A DNA stretch of 64,000 nucleotides from a bacterium (lineage in GTDB: Bacteria > Electryoneota > Electryoneia > Electryoneales > Electryoneaceae), in NCBI GenBank assembly GCA_963675295.2, contig CAXXKJ010000002.1, positions 2,496,001 to 2,560,000 on the forward strand, read 5' to 3'. Every line of letters begins with the position of its first letter. The first letter of the stretch is position 1. The position numbers were made by a program, and so were the translations under genes. Below the pieces are notes generated by a model that did not search any database, was not told the DNA's origin, and worked only from the letters and a program-made list of their open reading frames with translations. Below are positions 20,301-31,115 of this stretch, piece after piece.

Positions 20301-22886
20301 ATGGTTCTTTTTCGGCGTGCGTCCAGTACGATCCTGGCACTTCTGATTGTTTTCATCCTGGCGACTCTTGGACCCGCATATGCGGCGTTCCCATACCTCT
20401 CTGCGCCTTCCGGCCAGGTATACGATCCGGAATATGGGTTCCTCACCGGCGCGGATACCACTCAAACCCTCTCCTTATCGGGTTCCTGGCAACTGAATGA
20501 CGGCTCGGACGAGTGGCTGGAAGTGCAGGTTCCGGGAAGCTGGCCGACAGGGCAGGGTGATGTCATTCTCCGCCGCCAGTTCAATTTGCCGCAGGACTGG
20601 GCGTTCAACCATCACCGGATCGTGTTCTGGGGTGTTCGTGCGAACGCCGCAGTAACACTCAACGGCCGCCTGTTGAAGACCAGCGAGGGTGACTGGCCAC
20701 GTGTCATCATCGACCTGCCGGCCGACCTGCTACGGTTTGACCGTCCCAACGACCTCCAGGTCGAATTGGACGATCGGCTGTCCGCCAGGGAATCCATCCC
20801 GTTGAAGCCCAAGCTGTACGATTCCCAGTCGTGGTCCGGGATCTTCGGGGATGTGCTGCTGTTGTCCGGCCCGCCGGTGACGGTGGAGGATGTGCACTGG
20901 GCGACTGAGATCAACGAGGAACGTTCCCGCGCCGACTGGACCCTCGGTGTTGACCTGCGCTTGCACGCGAGCACGGAAGAGGACAGCACCAGCACGGTCA
21001 AGCTGTCTGTCCGGGCAGAGATCCAGGCTCCGGGCGATTCCACACGCCGAGCGACCGATCCAGTTGAGATCGAACTGAACTCGCTGGAAACGCAGTCGGT
21101 GTCGTTGTCCGGAAACGTGCGCGATCTGCAATTGTGGTCCACCGCGCAACCGCGTCTGTATACGGTGTATATCGTCGTCACTCTCGGCGAATCCGAGTTC
21201 TCCGTCCCGGTGCGAACCGGCTTCCGACAGATTCGCTGGGCGGACGGGCAAGCGTACCTGAATGGCCAGGCACTGGAAATCCGTGGCATTGACTATCGTC
21301 AGGAGACGGTCGATGGTGGCGGCGCGATAAACGTGCGCCAGATCGAATCCGACCTGACACGGATCCGTAACCAGGGATTTAACCTCGTGCGGATCGTCGG
21401 CGGCGTGCCTCATCCGGCAACGTATTCTTTATGTGATCGTATCGGGCTGATGATACTGCCGGGCACGGGCCTGCGTGCTGTGCCGAACGATCTGTTTGTC
21501 GACGAGGCTTTCAACAGCCGTTTCGAAACGATGCTGCGGCGTGAGATCGAGAGTAATGATCATCACCCGAGCGTGGTGGGGTGGGAGCTGCTTGACTGGG
21601 CGGAGGCGACGCCGGAGCTGTTCGATGTCGCGGACCGCTTCCGTTCCCGATTGCTCGCTGAATCGGACGTTCCGTTGATGATCGGCTTCGCCAGCGATAT
21701 CGCCCGTGATCTGCCCGCCGGCATTGTCGGCATGCGGCATCGGGTGCCATATCGTTTTGGCGAACGCCTGACCCCGCAATCGAGTCCGCACGGCACATGG
21801 ATGGTCGCCGGGTTGGGTGCGTTGGCCAGTCCGCTGCAATTGGCGGAAGATTCGTTGCAGAGTGAAATCCGGCAGTCGGATGCGCTGGTGCGTCAGATCA
21901 ACGCCGTCCGTGAAATGCCGGTCGCTGGTTTCATCATTGACGGGTTCAACGACCGAACGGCGGCGCTTCCGTTGCTGATCGCCGGTGCGCAGCAGGATCC
22001 GGGTGTGATCCGGCGCGGTCTGGTCACCGAACAGCGGGAAGAACGGATTGCGTGGCAACGTGTCGGCGACCTGCTCGGCCAGGTGCGTATCGATGTTCCG
22101 GTGGTGGACGTCAGCACCAGCCAGTTCCCGGTCGAATTCCCGATTGCGACGTTGATCGTCGGCGGCTTGCTGTTGCTGGTGATGCGCCAGAACAACGTGT
22201 TCCGCCACAATTTGCGCCGGGTTTTCGCGCACACCCACGGCTTCTTCGTCGATATCGTCGAACGCCGCTACTTCCAGGGTGGGCAAACGTTCTTCATCGC
22301 GATCATCTTCGCTGCCGGGCAGGCGGTGCTGCTGGCATCGCTGTTGAACCACTCCCGGTTTGAATTCGGGTTGGACTACCTGTTTACGCTGCTGTTCCCA
22401 TTCCCGCAGGCAAAAGCGCTGATGGTGTACGGTGCGTGGCATCCGGTTCACGCGGTGTTGGCATTTACCGCGATCATACTGGTGTTGTGGCTGCTGGGGG
22501 CGTTTCTGTTGCGGATTCTGTCGATACCGTTCCCGGGGCAGTTCCGGTTGCGGCATTCGATTGCGCTGACCTTCTGGTCAGCGACTTGCTTCTTCCCGTT
22601 GATTCCGCTGGGCCTGTTTTTCTACCGGCTGCTCGATTTTCCGTGGTTTCAATGGGTGCAGATTCTTCTCTTTGTCACCTTCTGGTACTGGTTCCTGACA
22701 CGGATGGTGAGTGTGATCCGTGTTGGTTTCCGTGCCAGTTCACGTACAGCCTGGTTGTTAATACTCATCCTGATTGCGATTGGCGCGGGCACGATCACCA
22801 CGGTGTACCGTGGCGGCTTCGCGATCACCGACTACGTTCGTTACTACTCCGACGTTATCCTGCCCTGGCTATCGGGGCAAGCGTAA
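20301..22886 (+). CDS. GH2-like (beta-galactosidase/glucuronidase fold) protein with C-terminal multi-TM domain; catalytic motifs degenerate
   Basis: SLSGSW, VPGSW, LWSTAQPRLY, GFRQI, LNGQALEIRGI, HPSVVGW; about 6 C-terminal TMs. Confidence 0.75.
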   Translation: MVLFRRASSTILALLIVFILATLGPAYAAFPYLSAPSGQVYDPEYGFLTGADTTQTLSLSGSWQLNDGSDEWLEVQVPGSWPTGQGDVILRRQFNLPQDWAFNHHRIVFWGVRANAAVTLNGRLLKTSEGDWPRVIIDLPADLLRFDRPNDLQVELDDRLSARESIPLKPKLYDSQSWSGIFGDVLLLSGPPVTVEDVHWATEINEERSRADWTLGVDLRLHASTEEDSTSTVKLSVRAEIQAPGDSTRRATDPVEIELNSLETQSVSLSGNVRDLQLWSTAQPRLYTVYIVVTLGESEFSVPVRTGFRQIRWADGQAYLNGQALEIRGIDYRQETVDGGGAINVRQIESDLTRIRNQGFNLVRIVGGVPHPATYSLCDRIGLMILPGTGLRAVPNDLFVDEAFNSRFETMLRREIESNDHHPSVVGWELLDWAEATPELFDVADRFRSRLLAESDVPLMIGFASDIARDLPAGIVGMRHRVPYRFGERLTPQSSPHGTWMVAGLGALASPLQLAEDSLQSEIRQSDALVRQINAVREMPVAGFIIDGFNDRTAALPLLIAGAQQDPGVIRRGLVTEQREERIAWQRVGDLLGQVRIDVPVVDVSTSQFPVEFPIATLIVGGLLLLVMRQNNVFRHNLRRVFAHTHGFFVDIVERRYFQGGQTFFIAIIFAAGQAVLLASLLNHSRFEFGLDYLFTLLFPFPQAKALMVYGAWHPVHAVLAFTAIILVLWLLGAFLLRILSIPFPGQFRLRHSIALTFWSATCFFPLIPLGLFFYRLLDFPWFQWVQILLFVTFWYWFLTRMVSVIRVGFRASSRTAWLLILILIAIGAGTITTVYRGGFAITDYVRYYSDVILPWLSGQA

Positions 22887-24359
<1,473 letters not shown>

Positions 24360-24367
24360 GGTGATAA

Positions 24368-24422
24368 GCGGTTGTCGGTACTCGGTAATCGGTTTTTGGT
24401 AACTGAATACTGCGACCGACAG
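24368..24422 (+). repeat. Heptamer array (TCGGTNN x5) folding back on a degenerate inverted copy
   Basis: gcggttg tcggtac tcggtaa tcggttt ttggtaa then ctgaatactgcgaccgacag. Confidence 0.6.
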
Positions 24423-24450
24423 TCCAGGTGTGGTGATCGAGGATCGATTA

Positions 24451-24476
24451 TTACCACGGACTAAAGTCCGTGGTAA
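24451..24476. repeat. REP-like perfect palindrome
   Basis: ttaccacggact-aa-agtccgtggtaa. Confidence 0.65.
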
Positions 24477-24518
24477 GCTTAGTGGCGCTAAGGCAGGGAC
24501 GACCGAAGCCACAACGAG

Positions 24519-24542
24519 AAAAAGGGAACCGTGGGGTTCCCT
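24519..24542 (-). terminator. Terminator of rpsT
   Basis: Minus strand: agggaacc-loop-ggttccct followed by a T run. Confidence 0.65.
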
Positions 24543-24578
24543 GAATTGCAGGACAACAGGCTGTTCAAGCTTGAGGGC

Positions 24579-24839
24579 TTAGGCAGCACTCATCGACTTG
24601 ACCAGCTTCGTCAGACGCGACTTCTTGTCGGCCGCACGCTTTTTGTGGATAATGCCCTTACCGGCGACACGGTCAAGAACCTTGCTGGCATCACGCAATG
24701 CCTGCTGCGCAGCTTCGGGGTCCTGAGCTTCGCGCACCTTGCGGATGGCGACACGCATCTTGGTCCGGTAGGCACGGTTACGAGCGTTCTGACGGGCGGA
24801 AGTCCGCATCCGTTTTTCACATGACTTATGCTGTGGCAT
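24579..24839 (-). CDS. rpsT: 30S ribosomal protein S20
   Basis: MPQHKSCEKRMRTS...KGIIHKKRAADKKSRL. Confidence 0.97.
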   Translation of the reverse strand: MPQHKSCEKRMRTSARQNARNRAYRTKMRVAIRKVREAQDPEAAQQALRDASKVLDRVAGKGIIHKKRAADKKSRLTKLVKSMSAA

Positions 24840-24895
24840 TCTACTTCCTGTACGATGAATCTCGTTTCAACTGTAGCGGGGGAATATACAAGACC

Positions 24896-25672
24896 ATGTC
24901 CGACCAGACAAGAGACACCTACGAGCAGCTCGCTCTGCGTCTCGCCGCCGCGAAACGGGTATGTGTGCTCACCGGCGCCGGCGTGTCACGCGAAAGCGGT
25001 GTGCCGACATTCCGGGAAGCGGACGGTCTCTGGAACAAGTATCGCCCCGAAGAACTGGCGAATGTAGACGCTTTTTTGCGGAATCCCGAGCTGGTCTGGG
25101 AATGGTACTCCTGGAGACGAGAGCTGATCGGCGAGGTCGGTCCGAACCCCGGCCACTATGCCCTCGCGGAAATCGAGAAGTTGGTACCGCATTTCGTGTT
25201 GGCGACGCAGAATGTGGACAATCTGCACCGTGAAGCGGGCAGTGTGAATGTCGTCGAGTTGCACGGCAACATCATGCGCAACAAGTGCCAGAAGTGTGGT
25301 GTGGTGTTCAAAGAGGGAGATCCGGAGAACGAATTTGTCTTCGAAAAAGGAACTCTCCCGGTTTGCAGGTGTGGAAAGAAAGGGCTGCTCCGTCCGGACA
25401 TTGTCTGGTTCGGTGAGATGTTGCCGGAGGAAGCGATTCAGCGGGCTTGGGAAGAGGCCGGGCAGGCTGACGTTTTCCTCAGTGTGGGGACCTCGACGGT
25501 TGTGTACCCCGCTGCGGCTCTCCCGTTTACCGCGAAGCAGGCCGGAGCGTATCTTGTTGAAATCAATCCGAACCCGACTGAGTTGACGCCGCTGGCCGAT
25601 CTTGTCTTTGCTGAACCGTCCGGCGAGGCGTTGCCGAAAGTGGTCGCTAAACTGCGTGAACTGCAGGCATGA
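24896..25672 (+). CDS. cobB: NAD-dependent protein deacylase (sirtuin, class III)
   Basis: TGAGVSRESGVPTFR, TQNVDNLH, HGN, zinc Cys pairs, RPDIVWFGE, VGTS. Confidence 0.95.
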   Translation: MSDQTRDTYEQLALRLAAAKRVCVLTGAGVSRESGVPTFREADGLWNKYRPEELANVDAFLRNPELVWEWYSWRRELIGEVGPNPGHYALAEIEKLVPHFVLATQNVDNLHREAGSVNVVELHGNIMRNKCQKCGVVFKEGDPENEFVFEKGTLPVCRCGKKGLLRPDIVWFGEMLPEEAIQRAWEEAGQADVFLSVGTSTVVYPAAALPFTAKQAGAYLVEINPNPTELTPLADLVFAEPSGEALPKVVAKLRELQA

Positions 25673-28600
25673 GCCTGCCGATGTGGAAGCCAGTGTTGCC
25701 GATGATCCCGCGTTTCCGGTCCACCGCGATTGCCATCCTGCTGTTGTCGCTGATGTCGTTGACATTGGCTGGCTGCAGCTATTTCAACGCGTTCTACAAC
25801 ACCAAGCGCGCGTTCTCCGAAGGGGAGACCAAGCGTGAACGATCCACCGACCTCAACTCGCGGCCATCCGAGTACAATGACGCTGTCGAGGCCGGGTCGC
25901 GTCTGCTCGAGATGTACCCGGAGTCGAAGTATGTCGATGATACCTTGTTCATCATGGGGCAGGCGTATTACTGGCTGCAGGATTACCACAAGGCCCGCCG
26001 CAAGTTTGAAGAGCTGCTGAGCAATTATCCGGACTCACCGCACGCCCTCGAAAGCAACATGTGGCTCGGACGGGTGCAGGTGCAGCTGAAGAAGCGCCAG
26101 GAAGCGACCGCGTTGCTGCGTGGCGTGATTGCTGATACCGATGATCCGTATCTCGTCGGCGAATCCCGCTTCGCGTTGGCGGAACTGTATTACGTCGACT
26201 CGTTGTTCGTGAAGGCGGCGGAGGAATTTATCCGCATTCCGGAGATTTCGGACGATGACGAGCTGATCGGCAAAGCGTTATGGCGAGCCGGCGAGTCGTT
26301 GTTCCGGGAAAAACGGTACGTCGAAGCGGCCGAGGAGCTGAAGCGTGCGCTCAAGTACGACCTGACACCGAGCATGCGATTTCAGACACGGCTGCTGTAT
26401 GGCCAGTCGCTGCGGGAGTCCGGCGATCCGGAAGGCGCGCTGGAGATTTACAACTCGCTGCTCAAGGACAAGCGATACTTTCAGGAACACGGCAAGGTTC
26501 GTGTGCAGAAGGGCCTGGCGCTGAACGACATCGGCCAGCGTGAGGAAGGCTTTGACGAGTGGCAGAAGACGATTCTCGACCATCAACGCAGCGACGAAGC
26601 CGCGCAGGCCTATTATGAAATGGGCATGGTGCATCTTGGGACGTTGGGCGAACGTCCGGAAGCGAAGGAGATGTTCGACAAGTCCCGCACGGAGAAAGCG
26701 CGCAGCAAGTATTCGATGAAGGCTGACTCGATGTTGACGATGCTGAACCGTGTCGATGACCTCAACCTCAGCCGTGTCCGCACCCGTCACCGCATCGACT
26801 TCACCGAGCAGTGGGTCGCCAATCCAATCAGCCCGGATGACACCCTCGCGTTCGAGAATGCCGAGTTCTACGACTCCCTCGCCATCGACAGCCTGAAGCT
26901 GATTCCGTTATGGAAGAAGGCGTGGTGGGACAGCACGGTTGTGATCGAGGATACGACCACCGTTGACACCCTTTCCGCCGACAGTCTTGCGTTGGACACT
27001 CTCACCTTGGACAGTCTGGCAACAGACAGCCTCGCCGTGGATAGTCTTTCCAGCGATAGTCTGACACAGGCACGGCTGGCGAGTGATGCGCTGGTTGCGG
27101 ATCTGCTGGCAGCAGATAGTGCGCAGGCGGCGGTTCGTGAAGACGAACTGATCGACTTCTCCGGTCAATCCTTGTCTGCGGAGCAAATGAACGCCGCAAC
27201 GGACGATTCATTGGCAATGGCGGAAGCGGTTGTGGCAGGTGATACGTTGCAGGTAGCCGATGAAGGCGGACCAAGTCCACAGCTGAATCCGATGGGGGAG
27301 TATCAGCAATCCAGCCGGGATTCCGTCACCCACCGGCGGATGGAGATGGACCCCGATGACCTGTTCGGCAATCCGGGTACGGTGATGATGGAGGGCGAGC
27401 CCTCGTCGCCACGTCTCGATTCGTTGCGCCGTGCCGAGATGATGCGTCACAACAACCCGTACGCGATGCCGGATGAGAGCCAGCGTCCGCCGGGGATGCC
27501 GGAAGAGGAGTGGCAGCGTGCGCTCGAGCAGCGGCGCATGATAATGGAAGGGCAGATGGGTCCGGGAGGTCCGATGCGTCCGGGTCCACCGCCGCCGGGC
27601 GAGACCGGTGGTCCTGACGACCGGACCAACCTCAACGCCGGCAAGGAGCAGCAGTCCGGTCTGCCGGGACAGCCTCCGGCAGCGCCGGAACCGGACGTCG
27701 AAATCATCAAGGTGTTCGACATCCAGCCGGTGCTGGACAGTTTGGCGCAGTTCCGGGTCGATTTGCAAGATGCGCGCTTCCAGCTTGGCGAAATCCAGCT
27801 GTTCGACCTCGAACAGCCGGACTCCGCACGGGTGATCTTCCGTGAACTGACGGAACCATCCAACGTGGACAGCGTCCGCGCCCGTGCGATGGTGGTACTG
27901 GCGTATATCGAAAAGCTCCAGGGTGACACGACAGCCGCTGATTCGATCCTGTTGCAGGTTGCTGAGGAATTTCCGGGCACGCGGCAGGGCAACCGGTTGA
28001 TCGAACAACTGGGGATGGTTAAGGAGACTCCGGCTACTCCCGCCGAGCTGGCGTACCGGGAAGCCGAGCGCTTGCTGTTGGATGACGATTCAACGCAGGA
28101 AGCATACACTCAGTACCGCTGGGTCAGCGACACCTATTCCGATTCGGAGTGGGCACCGCGCGCGATGTATGCCGCGGCGTATATCGCCGGTCATTACCTC
28201 GATGACGGCGAAACCGCTGAGGAACTGCTGACCACGCTCATTGACGATTACGGGGCAAGTATTCAGGCGCAGAAGGCGCGCGAGAAGATTTCCGCGTTTG
28301 ATGCGATCCGTTTCGCCAGTGATGTGGATACGGTCGGAATGGCGGAGGAGTTCGCCGACATTGACGCGTTCGGCGAGGATGAGGTCGACGAAATCGCGCA
28401 GATCATTGGTGGCATGCAGGCGTTGTCATCCACGCTTGAAGGACGCAACCTGCTGCCGGCCGAGGTAATTCAGGGGACCGGCGGGGAGGTATTGCTGCGG
28501 TATATCGTCAACACCGACAACACCGCGAGTAACTTCAAGATCGTGATGGAGGACCCGCCGGGCAGCGGTCTCGGACGTGCGATGGTCGCCGGCCTGGAAG

Positions 28601-28716
28601 CGGTTGAGTTCCGTGCTGCGCGTGTGGAAGGCGAGCCGGTTGCGTCGAAGGTGGAACGGCGGTACACGTTGCCGCTCGATGCTCCGCCGAACGTTCGCCC
28701 ATTGCCGAAGCGGTAA
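25669..28716 (+). CDS. Large TPR lipoprotein (SprE/PorW-like N-terminus) with low-complexity linker and C-terminal TonB_C-like domain
   Basis: Lipobox LAGC, many TPR-like repeats, D/S/T- and Pro/Met-rich inserts, C-terminal GEVLLRYIVNTD...FRAARVEGEPV. Confidence 0.75.
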   Translation: MSLPMWKPVLPMIPRFRSTAIAILLLSLMSLTLAGCSYFNAFYNTKRAFSEGETKRERSTDLNSRPSEYNDAVEAGSRLLEMYPESKYVDDTLFIMGQAYYWLQDYHKARRKFEELLSNYPDSPHALESNMWLGRVQVQLKKRQEATALLRGVIADTDDPYLVGESRFALAELYYVDSLFVKAAEEFIRIPEISDDDELIGKALWRAGESLFREKRYVEAAEELKRALKYDLTPSMRFQTRLLYGQSLRESGDPEGALEIYNSLLKDKRYFQEHGKVRVQKGLALNDIGQREEGFDEWQKTILDHQRSDEAAQAYYEMGMVHLGTLGERPEAKEMFDKSRTEKARSKYSMKADSMLTMLNRVDDLNLSRVRTRHRIDFTEQWVANPISPDDTLAFENAEFYDSLAIDSLKLIPLWKKAWWDSTVVIEDTTTVDTLSADSLALDTLTLDSLATDSLAVDSLSSDSLTQARLASDALVADLLAADSAQAAVREDELIDFSGQSLSAEQMNAATDDSLAMAEAVVAGDTLQVADEGGPSPQLNPMGEYQQSSRDSVTHRRMEMDPDDLFGNPGTVMMEGEPSSPRLDSLRRAEMMRHNNPYAMPDESQRPPGMPEEEWQRALEQRRMIMEGQMGPGGPMRPGPPPPGETGGPDDRTNLNAGKEQQSGLPGQPPAAPEPDVEIIKVFDIQPVLDSLAQFRVDLQDARFQLGEIQLFDLEQPDSARVIFRELTEPSNVDSVRARAMVVLAYIEKLQGDTTAADSILLQVAEEFPGTRQGNRLIEQLGMVKETPATPAELAYREAERLLLDDDSTQEAYTQYRWVSDTYSDSEWAPRAMYAAAYIAGHYLDDGETAEELLTTLIDDYGASIQAQKAREKISAFDAIRFASDVDTVGMAEEFADIDAFGEDEVDEIAQIIGGMQALSSTLEGRNLLPAEVIQGTGGEVLLRYIVNTDNTASNFKIVMEDPPGSGLGRAMVAGLEAVEFRAARVEGEPVASKVERRYTLPLDAPPNVRPLPKR

Positions 28717-28810
28717 CGGTTTTCATACCATGCAGTACCCTTTCAGCCGTGTTTGCCTGCAAGCACGGCTTTCACGTGAGATCGATCCGGGTCGATACGG
28801 AACAATTACG

Positions 28811-29617
28811 ATGAAATTCCTTGAGGATGCGGTCGTCGTCAGCAACCGGGAAATCCGTCCCGGGATCTGGTCGATTTGGCTGCGCAGTCCGCGGATCTGT
28901 GCCGCTACGCAACCGGGCCAGTTTGTCCATGTCAAGGTGGATGCGACATTGACCCCGCTGCTGCGGCGTCCGTTGAGCATCGGACGGGTGCACGGCGATC
29001 AGCTCGAACTGGTCTGGCGTGTGGTCGGTTCCGGCACGGACATGCTGACGCACATGCAGGCTGGAGCGTCGCTGAACCTGCTCGGCCCGTTGGGGCAGCC
29101 GTTCAGCCGAAATGTTGACGTGTCGCACCGGGTGCTCGTCGGGGGAGGCCTTGGCCTGCCGCCGCTGGTGTATCTCTATGAATGGTTTCATGAACATGAG
29201 ATGCCCGCAACGTTGCACCTCGGTGTTCGTGGCCAAGCGGACATCCCTTTGGCGGACGATGATCCGTTGCTGGACGAGATCAAGATTACCGCGGAAAATG
29301 GGGAGGGGTTCCGCCAAGGGCTGGTCACAGAACCGGTACTGGAACAGTTGCAGAATTTGAAAGACGGCGGATCGTTGAACACGACGGCTCTGTACAGTTG
29401 CGGGCCGTGGGGATTGGTCAACGCGTTGCAGCGTACGATCCCTCACACGGAACTGGCGCTGGCCGAGGTTTCGCTCGAGCAGCAGATGGGCTGTGGCGTA
29501 GGAGTCTGCCAGGGTTGCGCGGTGATTGTCGATGGTGGCGACACACCTTACCAGCTGGTCTGTAGTGACGGACCCGTTTTTCCGTTGGCGGCGGTTCATC
29601 CGCCCGGAGTTGCGTAA
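28811..29617 (+). CDS. pyrK: Dihydroorotate dehydrogenase electron-transfer subunit
   Basis: PGQFV, RRPLSI, GGGLG, MGCGVGVCQGC...VCSDGP. Confidence 0.93.
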   Translation: MKFLEDAVVVSNREIRPGIWSIWLRSPRICAATQPGQFVHVKVDATLTPLLRRPLSIGRVHGDQLELVWRVVGSGTDMLTHMQAGASLNLLGPLGQPFSRNVDVSHRVLVGGGLGLPPLVYLYEWFHEHEMPATLHLGVRGQADIPLADDDPLLDEIKITAENGEGFRQGLVTEPVLEQLQNLKDGGSLNTTALYSCGPWGLVNALQRTIPHTELALAEVSLEQQMGCGVGVCQGCAVIVDGGDTPYQLVCSDGPVFPLAAVHPPGVA

Positions 29618-29667
29618 CTTGTGGTTGTTAAAGAGAGTATCGTTCACCTGAACGGCGACAAATCAAC

Positions 29668-30624
29668 ATGACGGCTACTGCTTCACCCGATCTCAGTGTC
29701 ACACTCGGTTCGCTGAACCTGCACAACCCGTTGCTGGCGGCGTCCGGCTGCTTTGGCTACGGCACGGAATACGACGACGTCGCCGACCGTGACAACCTCG
29801 GCGGCTTCATCACGAAGAGTATTTCTCTGGCACCGTGGAAGGGCAATGACCCGCCGCGTCTGACCGAGGTGTCGCCTGGCCTGTTGAACAGCATCGGGCT
29901 GGCGAATATGGGCGTGGAGAAGTTTTCACAGGAGGTCGCGCCACAGATCGTGCAGGGGAAGTCGAAGGCGATTGTCAGCGTGGCGTGCAAGGTGATGGAG
30001 GAGTACGAGGAGGTTGTTGCGCGGCTTGAGGATGTCGAGGGCATTGCAGGTTACGAGCTGAACATCTCCTGCCCGAACGTGAAAGAGGGCGGGATGGCGT
30101 TCTGCCTCAATCCGAACATTACCGAAGAGCTGGTTTCCCGGGTTCGGAAGCGCACGAAACGCTGGATCACGACCAAGCTGACGCCGAACATGACCTCGGT
30201 GTCGCAGGGTGCGCTGGCCAGCGAAGCCGGTGGGGCGGACGCGGTCAGCCTGATCAATACGCTGGTCGGGATGGCGGTGGACTGGAAGTCGCGCCGTCCG
30301 AGGCTGGCGACGATCACCGGTGGCTATTCCGGCCCGCCGATCAAGCCGGTGGCGTTGGTGAAGGTGTGGGAAGTCTGGAACGCGGTCAAGATTCCGATCG
30401 TTGGCATCGGCGGTATTACAAACTGGAAAGATGTCGTCGAATTCATGATCGTTGGCGCGTCGGCCGTGCAGATCGGGACGGCTCTGTATGCTGATCCGAA
30501 CCTGCCGGAGAAGATCGCGGCGGATTTACGTGAGTACATGCGCAACGAGGGGGTGACATCGTTGAGCGAGGTAACTGGCAGCTTGAAGACGGACCGTGGG
30601 GCGATGGTTGGAGTGCCGGCGTGA
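29668..30624 (+). CDS. pyrD: Dihydroorotate dehydrogenase B catalytic subunit
   Basis: ASGCFG, NSIGLAN, ELNISCPN, KLTPN, GGYSGP. Confidence 0.96.
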   Translation: MTATASPDLSVTLGSLNLHNPLLAASGCFGYGTEYDDVADRDNLGGFITKSISLAPWKGNDPPRLTEVSPGLLNSIGLANMGVEKFSQEVAPQIVQGKSKAIVSVACKVMEEYEEVVARLEDVEGIAGYELNISCPNVKEGGMAFCLNPNITEELVSRVRKRTKRWITTKLTPNMTSVSQGALASEAGGADAVSLINTLVGMAVDWKSRRPRLATITGGYSGPPIKPVALVKVWEVWNAVKIPIVGIGGITNWKDVVEFMIVGASAVQIGTALYADPNLPEKIAADLREYMRNEGVTSLSEVTGSLKTDRGAMVGVPA

Positions 30625-31115
30625 GTGTGCGAACACGCGCATATCAGATCACCCTCACCGTTATCCTCCTGGCTAGCGGACTGTTCTTGTCCGGTTGCAC
30701 CGCCTACCCGGTGTACCGTGACACGCGCAGTCGTGGCTACGATCCGGTGCCGCGTACCCAGCAAAGGCGTGCACCGGAACAGCAGCAAACGCATCCAACG
30801 ACCACGACCGGTGAAGTGCTCACCGGTTTTGCCAGTTATTATGGGCCGAAATTTGTCGGCCGGCCGACGGCGAACGGGGAGATCTTCGATCCGAGGCAGA
30901 TGACGTGCGCACATCGTACGTTACCGTTCAACACGATGCTCAAGGTGACGTTGATCAGCTCGGGCAAGTCGGTGGTTGTGCGGGTGAATGATCGAGGTCC
31001 GTACGCGAAGGATCGCATTCTCGATCTCAGTGAAGCAGCAGCGGAGAGTATTGGATTGAAGGCTGTGGGCGTGGGGTACGTGCAGGCGGAAATACTCGAA
31101 GGAGACAGTGAATGA
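30621..31115 (+). CDS. rlpA: Septal ring lytic transglycosylase RlpA-family lipoprotein
   Basis: Lipobox LSGC; ASYYG, TANGE, AHRTLPF, VNDRGP, LDLS. Confidence 0.93.
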   Translation: MSVRTRAYQITLTVILLASGLFLSGCTAYPVYRDTRSRGYDPVPRTQQRRAPEQQQTHPTTTTGEVLTGFASYYGPKFVGRPTANGEIFDPRQMTCAHRTLPFNTMLKVTLISSGKSVVVRVNDRGPYAKDRILDLSEAAAESIGLKAVGVGYVQAEILEGDSE

